64,000 nucleotides of DNA from Bugula neritina (lineage: Eukaryota > Animalia > Bryozoa): positions 4,480,707 to 4,544,706 of the forward strand of contig OZ037767.1 of NCBI GenBank assembly GCA_964035545.1. Direction: 5' to 3'. Shown here in pieces: positions 24,706 through 37,289 of the stretch. Both the position numbers and the translations under genes were made by a program. Below the pieces are notes generated by a model that worked only from the letters and a program-made list of their open reading frames with translations, did not search any database and was not told the origin of the DNA. Positions within the stretch are counted from its first letter, which is position 1; every line of letters begins with the position of its first letter.

Positions 24706-26261
24706 TTTTAATTTTGAAAAAAGTACTCTATACAGGTCAAAGTTTAAGTACTTATGTAGCGATGGAAGCAAGGACAGTTTTTGTTGAAAATGTTTTAACT
24801 TACTTGAAAGCTTTGGTGAATGCTAACTTTTTTCTTTTTCTCATTTTTCTGACTCTAGGAATGTGTACCTCACAATAACATTTAGGTAAATATTTGGTGC
24901 AAATGCAGCCTGTTTTGTGTATAGGAGCTATGAGAGTAACAATGGTTGTCTGGCTACAAAATAAAATCAATGGATTTATAATTGTTGCTACTTTCTAAGC
25001 ACCTATAAGAAACATAGGTTGATGATTGTTATTATATATCATGGTTAACGGTGAAGAAATCCAATAGTGGTTTGCAAGATAATACTTCTATTATTGAACA
25101 TTATATAATAACAATCATCTTGTAGTGATAAAATCAATATTTCTTTTCAGATATTTCTATTGATCTTAATTTAGCATTTATAATTACGCTCAAAATGTGC
25201 TTTGTATGTACATTGTCAGCTAATATATGGACAATATATTTCCATGATATTATAAACTTGAGCTGTAATATCTTGCACTGGTCTTTGTACATATGACTTT
25301 ATGTCATATTTTTGCTAAATATTTGGTTGCTTTTCCAATATGCTTACTCTATTATTTAGATTTGTACATATATCTTTCTTATATTTGCCATATAATCAAT
25401 GCAATTGTTATTTGTTTCAAGAAATTCAAATAAAGTTGAAGGTTTATAAGTTTTGCAAGGAAATGAATAAAAGTTAGCAACAAACTAGTGGGTTTAATCA
25501 AAGAGTGGTTAAATAGTTTTATCATCTATAAAGAAATATGCATCAATAATAATTTATACATCCTAATTTTAAATGCAAACATTAACAATTAGTAGTATTT
25601 GCACTTGCAATAAAACCTTAAAAATCAAACACTGAAATATTTTTGTGTAATGGTGCTTTTATAAAAAATTAAATAACAATAATTGCATCAGTGCTAGCTC
25701 GTCATAATATTTTGGAAAAAAACAATAACTAATTGTGTCTCTAAATTATTGATAAATACAATGTGTTCATTCGCTATTCAAATACAGTTTACAGAAGCAA
25801 AAATACGACTTTAGGACATACATATGTGAATATAAAATAATGATGCAGGGCACTAAAAAGTGCATATGTTTACCCCATTTTAAATCATTGTATCACCAAC
25901 ACTTTGATTGCAAAAATAGTTATAATGAAGAGTAATTAAATCTAAGAAAAGAAACCCCTTGCACTACAAAAACACATAGTTTAGAATCTAGTTCTCAGTT
26001 AGCAGAAATATTTTCAATCAAAGTCAATGAGTCTGATTCCGTAGAAAGAAAAATGGTGAAAAATTATTTCAAATTTAAAGCTATTAAGAAATTAAATTAT
26101 TTTAATTCAACTGCAGATCTGAAATCAAAAATAGGTGTTGAGATTTTCTAAATTGCAGCGTAAAATTGTTTATATAACAGCCAATGGAAATTAACAACAG
26201 TGTCTAGTTTCAGGAGTTTGTATGCAGATTTACAATAAACGCTGCATTATCTCCATGCTGA

Positions 26262-28079
26262 TTAATCACTGAGTGCTGCCAGCAGCGTTCTGTAAGCTAT
26301 GTCTAGCAGCTGACGGTACTGTGTAGGAGACAGTCTCCGACACATAGAAGCAAGTGTGTCTGTATAACCACCACGTGTTAACAGATGAGCAGCTGTGTCA
26401 CCTTCTTCGTCCTGAATTGAGAGAATGTTTATTAGGTCAGCGACAGCGAGCTTGTTGGTCATAGCGTTCAATGTCTCCGGGTAACCGATTTCTGCTGCAT
26501 AGTGTAGAGGAGTTTTCCCATCTTCATTCTGCAAACGGAGTTGTCTGACCAAGTCTGGTGTTGAGATGGAGTTTACTATGTATTCTATTGTCTCTGTGTG
26601 ACCTCTGTCTACTGCACAGTGTAGAGCTGTGTTACTGTTTATATTCTGCAGTTGAAGGAGCTCAAGTGTTTCAGGTACAGATAAAGTAGATAGCATACAT
26701 TGGATAATTTGAGTATAGCCTTTGTAAGCTGAATTGTGGAGAGCAGTACTACCAGAGTTATCTTGTATGCTGATCAAGCTGAATCGGTCCAGTGCTGGTA
26801 CACAGTCTAATATGCAGTTCAGTATTTCTAAATGGTTGTTTTCTGCTGCATTGTGCATGATTGTTTTACCTTCCTGATCAGCTATGTTGAGTAATGTGTT
26901 CAAGTAATTTGGAAATACTCGTATCTTGTTTATCATAAACTTTAGAAGATCTGTATGACCTTTTTTTACAGCAATATGTATAGCTGTGCAACCATTAACG
27001 TTCTTCTTAGCGAGCAGTTCATAGAAGTCATCTGTAGATATAGAGTTTGTGATATGATTCAGAGACTTAGTGTTACCTGAAGAAGCTATGTTATGCATAG
27101 CTGTATAATCATACTTATTCTGTATGGCAAGTAACTTGAGTAACCCATCTGCTGGTACACTGTCTACTATACATTCTATTATTTCCGGAAGACCTTGATA
27201 TGCTGCAAGATGACCTTGATATGCTGCGCAGATTAGAACTGTATTACCAAAATTATTCGCAATGTTGAGCAATTCAAGTAGTTTTTCAGTCTTTACTAAA
27301 CCAATTACCTCTTTCAGTATTTCTGTTTGACCATTGAACGCTGCCAAATTCAGAGGTGTGTTGCCATAATTGTTCTTCATAGCGAGCAGTTCATAGAAGT
27401 CATCTGTAGATAGAGAGTTTGTGATATGATTTAGAGACGTAGTGTTACCTGAAGAAGCTATGTCATGCATAGCTGTATAATCATACCTGTTCTGCATGGC
27501 AAGTAACTGGAATAACTCATCTGCTGGTACACTGTCTACTATACATTCTATTATTTCCGGATGATTTTTAAATGTGGCGCAAAGTAGAGCTGTATTACCA
27601 TCTTTATTCTTGATGCTGAATATTGTTTTCAATGCTTCAGCTGAGAAATGGTCTTTTATACATTTCACTATCCCTGCATGACCATATTTTGCCGCACAAT
27701 GTATTGCTGTATTACCTCTCTCATTCCTGGTGCTAAGCAATTTCAGTGAGTCTTCTGCTGGTAATGCATCTATTATCTGTTTTAATATTTCTGTGTGATT
27801 GTTGTATGCTGCAAAATGTACTGCTGTTTCAGCTTCTTTATTCTGTATAGTAAACAAACAACATAAGTGATCATGATCTTTTACCAAGTCTATCACATGC
27901 TTCACTATTTCAGAATAGCCATTCTGTAAAGCGGTGTGTAAAATTGTCCAGCCATTGCGATCTTTCTCACTCAGCACACTAAACCGATCTGTGTCTGGAA
28001 GTGCAGTTAGTTTCTCATTGAATATATTTGGGTTCTGACAAAGTTTCCTTAGATCTTTGTATAACTGATGAGTTGACAT
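26262..28079 (-). CDS. Ankyrin-repeat protein, array copy 8 (605 aa)
   Basis: Uninterrupted ORF, more divergent copy, with an in-frame 21-nt duplication (AAYQGHL AAYQGLP). Confidence 0.9.
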   Translation of the reverse strand: MSTHQLYKDLRKLCQNPNIFNEKLTALPDTDRFSVLSEKDRNGWTILHTALQNGYSEIVKHVIDLVKDHDHLCCLFTIQNKEAETAVHFAAYNNHTEILKQIIDALPAEDSLKLLSTRNERGNTAIHCAAKYGHAGIVKCIKDHFSAEALKTIFSIKNKDGNTALLCATFKNHPEIIECIVDSVPADELFQLLAMQNRYDYTAMHDIASSGNTTSLNHITNSLSTDDFYELLAMKNNYGNTPLNLAAFNGQTEILKEVIGLVKTEKLLELLNIANNFGNTVLICAAYQGHLAAYQGLPEIIECIVDSVPADGLLKLLAIQNKYDYTAMHNIASSGNTKSLNHITNSISTDDFYELLAKKNVNGCTAIHIAVKKGHTDLLKFMINKIRVFPNYLNTLLNIADQEGKTIMHNAAENNHLEILNCILDCVPALDRFSLISIQDNSGSTALHNSAYKGYTQIIQCMLSTLSVPETLELLQLQNINSNTALHCAVDRGHTETIEYIVNSISTPDLVRQLRLQNEDGKTPLHYAAEIGYPETLNAMTNKLAVADLINILSIQDEEGDTAAHLLTRGGYTDTLASMCRRLSPTQYRQLLDIAYRTLLAALSD

Positions 28080-29111
28080 TTCTAATTTTGAAAATTTAAT
28101 ATTCTATACAGGTCAAAGTTTAAGTACTGATGTAGCGATGGAAACAAGAACAGTTTCTCTCCAAAATGTTTTAACTTACTTGAAAGCTTCAGTGAATGCT
28201 AACTTCTTTATTTTTTTTTATTTTTCTTGCTCCAGGATGTGTACCTCGCAATAACATTTAGGTAAATATTTGGTGCAAATGCAGCCTATTTTGTGTATAG
28301 GAGAGTAACAATAGTTGCTTAGCTTAAAGAATGAAATTGATGGCATTTTTTGCTTCTTACTAAGCACCTATACAAAACAATGTTTGATATTGCGTATTCA
28401 TATATAATGCTGAATGGTGAAAGCCAGTAAGCCTGGCTTGTAAGATAACACTTTCATTATGTAATATGTAATAACAATCATCATGTAGTGATAAAATCTA
28501 TCTTTTTTTTCATATATTTTTATTGATCTTAAATTATAGTTTAAAATGCTCAAGATGTGCTTTATATGTACATTGTCAGCTCATAAGGACAATATAATGT
28601 TTCCATAAGATGTGTTTTATAAGCACATTGTCAGCTAATAAGGGCAATATATATTTCTATGATATTGTAGACTTGAGCTGTAATATCTTGCACTGGTCTT
28701 TGTACATATGACTTTATCTCATATTTTTTGCTAAATATTTTGTTGCTTATCCAATTTTAGTTTGTTTACTCTATTATGTATATTTGTACATATCTTTTTT
28801 ATATTTGCTGTATAATCAATGCAATTGTTATTTGTTTTAAGAGATTAAATTAAAGTTGAAGGTTTGTAAGTTTTGCAGTAAAAAGAATAATAATTAGCAA
28901 CAGACTAGTGGGTTTATTTAGGGGTGGTTAAGTAGTTTTATCATCTATAAGGAAATATACATCAATCATAATATATACATCATAATTTTAGATATTGAAA
29001 ACAATAAATTGCGTCTCTATAGTCAATACTATTGATGGATATACAATGTGCTTATTAACAATGCAAATGCATTTTACAAAAGCAAAGATACAATTTTTAA
29101 AGATACGTGAC

Positions 29112-29492
29112 TGTACCAGTATCATAGATCTGATTTATGAACATTTTATCTTTAGATATAAAGCTTTTCTAATGCTTTGCATTGTCAGAGCTACTGCGGC
29201 TAGCAAGCAGCCATCTGACAACTATATTATATACATTACTGTTTTACGCTGCATCCTTCCTTCAATTTTACTTGCAATATGTAATGCTCAGCATGTACCA
29301 CCCAAGAATAACTGTGGATATCATTACAACCTATCATACTTTCATCTGTATTGAACACTCACTAGTAAAAGTAACTTACAAGAGGGCAATAATAAAACAA
29401 CATGTACTTATTAGCATCAACTTATCAATCAAATATAAATGATGTTCGTTGCCGACCCCCTCATGTAGACTATTATGTATACTCATAGTACA
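29112..29492. mobile_element. Solo LTR (381 bp)
   Basis: TGTAC...GTACA termini with a 5-bp TSD GTGAC (29107-29111 and 29493-29497). The empty site atgtgactataaa is present in the paralogous spacer near 13955. Confidence 0.75.
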
Positions 29493-29771
29493 GTGACTAT
29501 AAAGTAATGATGCATAGCACTAAAAAGTGCACTTTACCTCATTTAAATCATTGTACCACGAAGACTTAAAATTTATGACTTTTATTGCAAAAATAATTAT
29601 AATTAGACGTATTTAAATCTAACTGAGAGAAGAAAATTGTTGCTCTACAAAAACGCACAATTGAAATCTTACTTCTGCTAGCAAGAATAACTTTAATTAA
29701 ATTGCACACGAATATGTCAAAATGCCTATACAATTTTTACAAGTAAATTAGGAACAAACATATATAAAAAC

Positions 29772-29777
29772 TTTATT
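29772..29777 (-). promoter_or_regulatory. Candidate polyadenylation signal of the Roco-caspase gene
   Basis: AATAAA on the minus strand about 180 nt downstream of the stop at 29955. Confidence 0.4.
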
Positions 29778-29954
29778 GATTAGCTGAATATAAATAAATT
29801 CACAGGTACATTCAAAATATATAAATCAACATTTAAAAATGATTGCGCAAAATCAGCAGTATATGGCAAGTCTGTCTAACAAGTGCAAATGGTTGGTTGA
29901 TATGGCAGGTCTGTGTCTACTGCATGTGAACATGTGATGTGCTGCAGACGGCAC

Positions 29955-32329
29955 TCACTGTGGGAGTTGTTTGCTATGGATTTTTGGAAAGAAGAAAAGT
30001 TTTCTGAGGTGAGTGAAAGTACATTCCTGACAATTAGGTACATTACCACCAGCTGCTTCATCTCCTGTTTTCTTACAATATGCAATACTGACTCTTCTAA
30101 CTCTGTCTTGTATCTGTAAGTAATAATAGGAAAGAAATATGAAGCTGATGACTCAACACACATCACACTGCTGATTCTAATTTTAAAGATTAGAAAAGCT
30201 GCTGGCATTGTGATACAATAAAGTCCTTCAGCTGCTAATCAAGTAGAAATACGTAATTCCAGTTACCTGAGGGATACTCAATTACTTACTATTCTAAACA
30301 GCTCACTAACATCTCTGTGACAGCTGTGTCTGTAGAATGTAGCCACCAGTATTCTGATAAACCATGTACCATAATTCTCATTTCTACCAGCCTTGTAAGC
30401 TGTAACACATGAAGGAGCTACTGTAACAGCATGTGAATTTCTCAGTCATACTTGAAGTCTAAATGACCAAATATTTACAAATATTTTTGTTGAAGAAAGA
30501 TTTTCAGTCAATTCAAATATATTTTCTTCACACTCACTCTCTGTACTTGGCTTTACAATGTAGAAGTCATCAGCATCTAGGTGAGTGAATCTATCAAAGT
30601 GAATATTTGGAGACGTATTCTGATGCGAAAAAGACTCACTCTCAGCTGTTGCTGAAGATGAGGGTAGAGGGGTAGGTGTTGGTGGTGAGACGGTGTCTGG
30701 GTTTTGAGACTGGACAGCATTACCAAAGTCAGTTCTGCCTGTATGTGAAATGCTGATACAGTAACTTTGTAATATGACGGTCAGTAAGAACTTAGGACTG
30801 AATTCACAAGCAGATTTGATTTCGAGTTGAAGGGTGTAGCCGATTTTAAGTAAAGATGGCACAGGTAAAAATGGCACAATTAAAAATGGCACAGTTAAAA
30901 ATGGCATAGGTAAAAATGGCACGGTGAAAATGGCACAGGTAAAAATGGCACAGGTAATAATGGCACGAATGGCAAAGCAGGTAAAATTGGCACACTGATG
31001 TTAAATTTCCCCAAACTCAAACCCCCCCCCCAAACCCTAACATTGAAAGTGTGTCATTTTACCTACTTTGCCATTCGTGCCATTGTCACCTGTGTCATTT
31101 TCACCGTGCCATATTTACCTGTACCATCTTTACCATGCCATATTTACCTGTGCCATTTTTACCGTCCCATTTTTACCTGTGCCATTTTTACTTGTGCCAA
31201 TTTTTACCGTCCCATTTTTACCTGTGTCATTTTTACTGAGGCCAATTTACCAGACACCGGTGTAGCCTACTTTCACATACTCCAATAACTTTAGGTATCT
31301 TTAAAATCGTGATTTCCTAAGATATTTCACCACATTCTAATGTTGTAATTATAGAAATAATGTAGCTTAACAGCTAATTTTAGTAAAATGAGTAATAACT
31401 CTGTGCTACTTACTGCCAGAGCAGGCATGAAAGATGATGAGTTTGGGTTTTCCTCTCATGGCAGGAAATTTACTAGCTGAGAGTAAATCTTTGACTTCTG
31501 ACAAGTTGACAGGTTTACAGTATCTATCATAGAAGATGTTTCCGGAAGTTCCGTGTGACATGATGACTAGAATGAACATGCCTAGTTGCTGGTGGTCTCT
31601 GTGGGTGGTCTCTTTCCTTACTTCTGATAATATTTCCTGGTAAATTAAAAGTATGTATTGAAGTGTAAAAGCAGGCTTGGGTAAATAAGTGTGTTTACAC
31701 AAAAGCAAAAGTTGCTTTAAAGTCATGCTAAAATATTTATCACAAAGAAAAACTATTAGGTAGTGACGTGTTTGTAAACTAAAACTGAGAACTGACAAAA
31801 CTAAGAATTTAAACACGAGTTAACGTATTGCAAATTTGTTGGTATACAAGAGGTATAGGTACAGTAATGGAGAAATTGAAGAAATTGAGAAAAGCCTGTG
31901 TTCTAAATTAGAAATGTAGCAATAGAAGTTATGTTCTCGCGAGAGTTTCAAACAGGCCTCAAACCAAAATTTAACAAAAAATTTTAAAGAGCATAGGCTA
32001 TCTCAACTTCTCCACTACTGCCCCTAAATGAAAGACAATGCCTCCGATCTGTAGTATAACAAGACCTGCTATATATCGCAGTTAGTGACAGCCTGAGGAG
32101 AATAAACTATATAATTTGCCACAGTAACCTGTTTACTTAGGTCAAACAGAGGATCATCTTCATTGGCTACAACAAATCCCATGTCTTTTAACAGAATTTT
32201 GATGTTAACATAGTCGATGTATGAACCATCTCGAGTTGCCTCAGTCAATTCACTGCCATCTTTTCGAAAGAACCTCTCATTGTTTATGATCATGACACGA
32301 CCTCTAACAGGGTCACTCATTGCATAAAC
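29955..32329 (-). CDS. Caspase (C14A) p20/p10 domain exons of the same gene
   Basis: YAMSDPVRGRVMIINNERF, RDGSYID, ILVIMSHG (catalytic His), GKPKLIIFHACSG (catalytic Cys), and p10 motifs DADDFYI, AGRNENYGTWFI and LRKLFFFP. Confidence 0.9.
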
Positions 32330-35300
32330 CTGTAAAACATTCAATTTGATCAGCAACCAATTTGATTACTAAAAGCAGGTAAACATAATCAAATACGAAA
32401 CTATGTGATGTAATCAACAAAAATACTTGCAAATTGTTTCAATTATATAAAAGAAAGACAATATTATCTTCTTTACTTGTTGGTGGTTGTCAAACTTCTG
32501 TTTAACTCGTTCATTGTTGGTAGGTTTCAGCTGCATACCATCAATCATAGATATACAAGGTTCAAGGTCATCTTTAGTAAAGTCAGCATATCCTTCCTCT
32601 TCTACATCAGAGCATTCACTAATGTCATCATCTTCAAGAAGAGCCGAGACAGTCTGAGTTAACAAACTTTTTTCTCCACCCATCTCTAAAATAAATGAAA
32701 GGTGACATATTCAGTACTCTAAGTAACAAATACTAAGTATCAGAATGACTATAAACAAAGAACAGAACCGATACTTTAGTGTTTCAGTCAATAATGTGAT
32801 AAATAAGTTATAATAATTGAGACCGTGTTAATTTCTGCATATAGCCTATGTAATGGATTATCTGTCATCATGAGTTTTTGCCGATTGCTGTTCACAAGTG
32901 GATGAGCTCCATTTAACAGCAGTGGTGGAAAAATTGGGATAGCCTAAGTTCTTTAACTTTTTTATTAAACTTTTTGAAATCCTTGCAAGAACATAACTTC
33001 TAATTTCTAATCTAAAACACAGGCTTTTCTCAATTTCTCTAATTGAAGATTTCCTTTATAGCAGCAACATTTTATGATCGAAAACTGATTATACCGTGGG
33101 CGGTTGAAGAGGTCTCTTCTCTTGCAGATTTCAGCTCATTGACAAATTCTTTTAAGCTATCAGCTTCTTCTGGAGATAGCGAGCTGCCTGGAGAGCAAAA
33201 CATTGTCCGTGACCACAAAAATTATTATAATTACAAGCTTCAAAATTTAAACAATGAAAGCTGATGAATAAACCACAGAGAAATAAACTATTCTACTTGA
33301 AGTTAAATTACACATACATGGATACAGAAGAGCACTTGGTATCTCTTCATCACTACACAGGGTTGTTGAAGATCCACTACACAGTCTGGTACTTGGTGTG
33401 GGATGCTTCAAAGAACGAAGACACCACGGAGGATTCAGCATTTTCTTAGGACAAGGAACTCTTAGCAGTAGGCAGTGAGCACAGTAGCATGTACTAACTG
33501 GTCTACTTGCAGTCCAAGTTTCTAAGACATGTCTAAGGATGTTGTTGTTGGTGGTAATGAGTCTCTCCCACATTCTGCTGATGTTGGTAGCATTAGATGA
33601 CACATGGAGTGACACCTTTCTAGATTTGTAGTCATGTACCAACTGTGTGTAGATACCATCTTGGTAGACATTGGCTCCATTTCTTTTCACTTTAATCACA
33701 GCAAACTCATCAGAAAACAACTCTAACAAACCAACATTCATTTGGTGATAAACATATTGCGGTAGCGCTAAGCCATTGAATTTGGTTTCAACTCGAAGGA
33801 GCATGTTTTTTGGCGATGTGTATGAGGTATTAAAGAGGTCGTTAGCAAACTGGGGAACAATAAAACAGGGCTCTTTGAAATCGCCAGGTAAAGGACCATA
33901 TAACAAACGGAATGTGAGAAGCAAACAAACAGCAACTTCTACATCCTCCAAACTAGTAAATGGTGTTTCCTGTTTAACAAGATGAGTGAGAAGACATTGC
34001 ATCATCAAACCACTGTTGGTGAAATGACTTACAAATCTCTCAAAATCTTCCTTTTCAACAGGCATTCCATTTTCTGAAAAATATGGCTGGAACTTATCAA
34101 CCCTACTCTGCCATATGTTGGGATCATGATGATACAAGACACAGAGAAGTTTGGTGACTTCTGAAATCCTGTGGAATATGTATGGTCGGAGAGAGCCAAT
34201 ATCTTTATACCACAAAATTTTGCCGCAGTCATGCATGTATGTGAGAATTATGTCCAGCTGACTTGACTCAATGTTTTGAAGTTCTGTTTGTACGTCTTTC
34301 AGCATCTCATCAAAGGTGCTGTACACAGAGGGAATAGACAAAACTTTTTCATTCACTTCTTCCCAGACCAGAGGTAAAGGTTTTACAAAATGTTGACTGC
34401 TTTGAAGAAGAGACTCTTTAATCATGTCAAACACTTCATATTTATCCTCTTTTCCCACGTCATAAATGTCCTCATCAAGAAAGATTCCTTTAGTTGATTC
34501 ACTGAAATGTTTGATTTGAGCAAATTCTCCTCCCAATGCCTTCTCTTCCCTAATAATTTCCTCACACAATTGATTTGAAATTTTCAGAAAACTATTTTTA
34601 AGTTCCTGAAATTTTGCACTTTGAAACTTATCTTCATGTGTAAAGATAAGTTTTGGAGCACCAAGAGTTGGGTTAGCAAGATAGAGGTGAGACATGTAAT
34701 CAAAGGCCAATCTTCTAACAGCTTCTCTGTGTGTGGATTCACTTGAAATCTCATCATACTGTTTCATGTTAACTACTATGACTGGAATGCAATTTTGTCT
34801 CAGTGTCAGTTGATAGGTTATATGGTAGACCTCCTGGCCTCCCATATCAACAAGACGGAGTACCTTACCATCTATCTCAACCTCTTCAACATTAAACACC
34901 TTTGTTGTCTCATCTACCACAGCGTCTAGACCTCTGTTGGTCAGAACTCTTTTTTTATCAGCATTTTGTAATGTTTTGATTAAACTGGTCTTTCCAGCCA
35001 TTGTGTTACCTAGCACAACTATAGTAACAAATGGTAGGTTTCTACCAGAACCTTTAGCCAAGTCTGTGTAATATTGTCTCACAGCATCTATTCCTCTCTC
35101 GCATACTTCTAGTGGAGGGGATGTGAGAGCATGGCAACCAGATACATACAATGTGTGAAGTTGAGTTAGCTGTAATATCTTGGGGTCTAGAGATGTCAGG
35201 GACTCATTACCAGATATATGCAGTATCTTCAGGCTAATCAGTGAGTACACCGGAAATGGTAAACTGGTGAAGTCATTATATGGCATGTATAGTTCCTCTA

Positions 35301-37210
35301 ATTTCTGTAGACTTTCTATGCTAATAAAAATATATTTGCAGTTTTAAAACTGCTTCCATACAAAGATAAATACTAACACTCCCAAATATATTGCATAATA
35401 TACCATGATGATGAATAAATAAGATTGTGCAATGTAGAATATAATAATCACATTTCATAGTTAGGAGTTATACTCCCAGCTATTTGATACAACAGCAAGC
35501 AAATGATACAATGTATCATCACACGGCCACAGCACATTGACTACTATTACAATATTATCTCAGCATAGCAAATCAATGAGAGTTTCATGAACACAGCTGA
35601 AAATGATTATTTTGTTAGCTTTGTCATTCAGTCAATAATTTTTCCAAAATATTACATTAACTATTATGTACAAGTTTCAGACAGTCTCAATATATAATTT
35701 CATTTCAGTGCAAAGTGTTCTATTAAAACAAAGTGGGAATTGTCACCACTTCTATCTGAGTTCATCGGATAAAATAAAATAGTACAGGTGTATGAAAACA
35801 AACATATAATACGCATCTATACTGACAATATATTTATAGATTATGTTTAGTACAGCTAGTATCATTTTACATTATAATATAATACACACCTGTTTGGTAG
35901 AGTTGTTAGTTTACAACTCCTCATGTACAACTCTCTCAGTGATAGTAAGGATGTGAATATATTGTCAGGTAGACCTTCAGATAGATTATTATGTGATATA
36001 TCCAATATCTCAAGATTCTTCAGTGAAGATATGCTGTAACATAGCATATAAATATGGAATGTTGCATAATAATTTAGTGAGAAAATAACCAGAGCATGTA
36101 ACTCCACGAACATGACATCTAATCTACTTTTACTAACAGAGTATTGGAGTTGTCCTTCCCTTGAATATTAAGTACATGTGTACTGTACAAACAAGAGAGC
36201 AGCCGTGGTCTAGGGGTTTGAGCGCTGGCTTAGTAAATAAAAAAGTCATGGGTTTGAACCCCAGTAAAGGCCATCGGTGATGTTAGGAAGAGCATCCAGT
36301 CACAATTGCTCCTGTATTACATTTAAATAAGTCCTTAGCCCACTTTAAACCCTTTCCATCAGGGGTTCTTACTGGGATAGTGACTATAAACTTCCGCGAG
36401 GTTTTTTACTGCACAAACTACTTCATCTATATTCTATACTATAACAGTTGAAGTATATGAAATACTATTGCATAGTTATTACATTCTCTCCTACTCTATA
36501 TTGTTATACATGTAATTATATAAGACACACCTGTTTGGTAGAGTTGACAGTTCACAGTAACTCATGCCCAACTCTCTCAATGATAGTAAGGATGTGAATA
36601 TATTGTCAGGTAGACTTTTAGATAGGTGATTATATGATATATTCAACACCTCAAGATTCTTCAACGAAGCCATGCTGTTGTAACATAACATAACATGCTG
36701 GTAGAAAATCATCAAAGCCAATTTAGCTTCTACCGGTATGTATCATTAATACTCTACACTTCGCTCAATAATAATATGATAATAGCTCACTTATAAGCCA
36801 GTATAGCTTTAGGTTATAACAATTTCCTACTTGATCTAAACATAACTCATTTCACAACAAAATAATTTACTTGTCAGCATTTATTAGAGTAATAAGTGTG
36901 AAGTTGTCCTACCATTTCTATCTGAATACATCTGATAGAGTAGAATAAAGTAGTTTTCTTATAACATAATATACAGAGTCCAGTTGACTTAATAAATATA
37001 GTGCAGATAACTTCATGACGTATAAAATAATACGCACCTGTTTGGTAGAGTTGGCAATTTACAGTGACTCATTTCCAACTCTTTCAATGATAGTAAGAAT
37101 GTGAATATACTATCAGGTATGTGATTCTCTGATATATTCAATACCTCAAGATTCTTCAGTGAAAATAGGCTGTAACATAATATAAAGCTATTGAATCGCA
37201 TGTATTATAA

Positions 37211-37289
<79 letters not shown>

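Larger units (their letters stand above)
1..29700 (-). repeat. Tandem segmental array of ankyrin gene plus conserved ~1.5-kb spacer (at least 8 units)
   Basis: ATGs at 1284, 5240, 9257, 12382, 16578, 20586, 24705 and 28079. Spacers align along their length (shared motifs such as aaactagtgggtttaatcaa and tgtacattgtcag). Confidence 0.95.

Noticed and set aside
30998-31288. Three overlapping Cys/His/Phe-rich ORFs
   Set aside because: Translations of the 15-bp-repeat MITE arm.
32700-33094. Possible CARD/death-domain exon between COR and caspase
   Set aside because: No open exon found. The region is mostly a MITE-like copy, and the flanking exons already join in phase.
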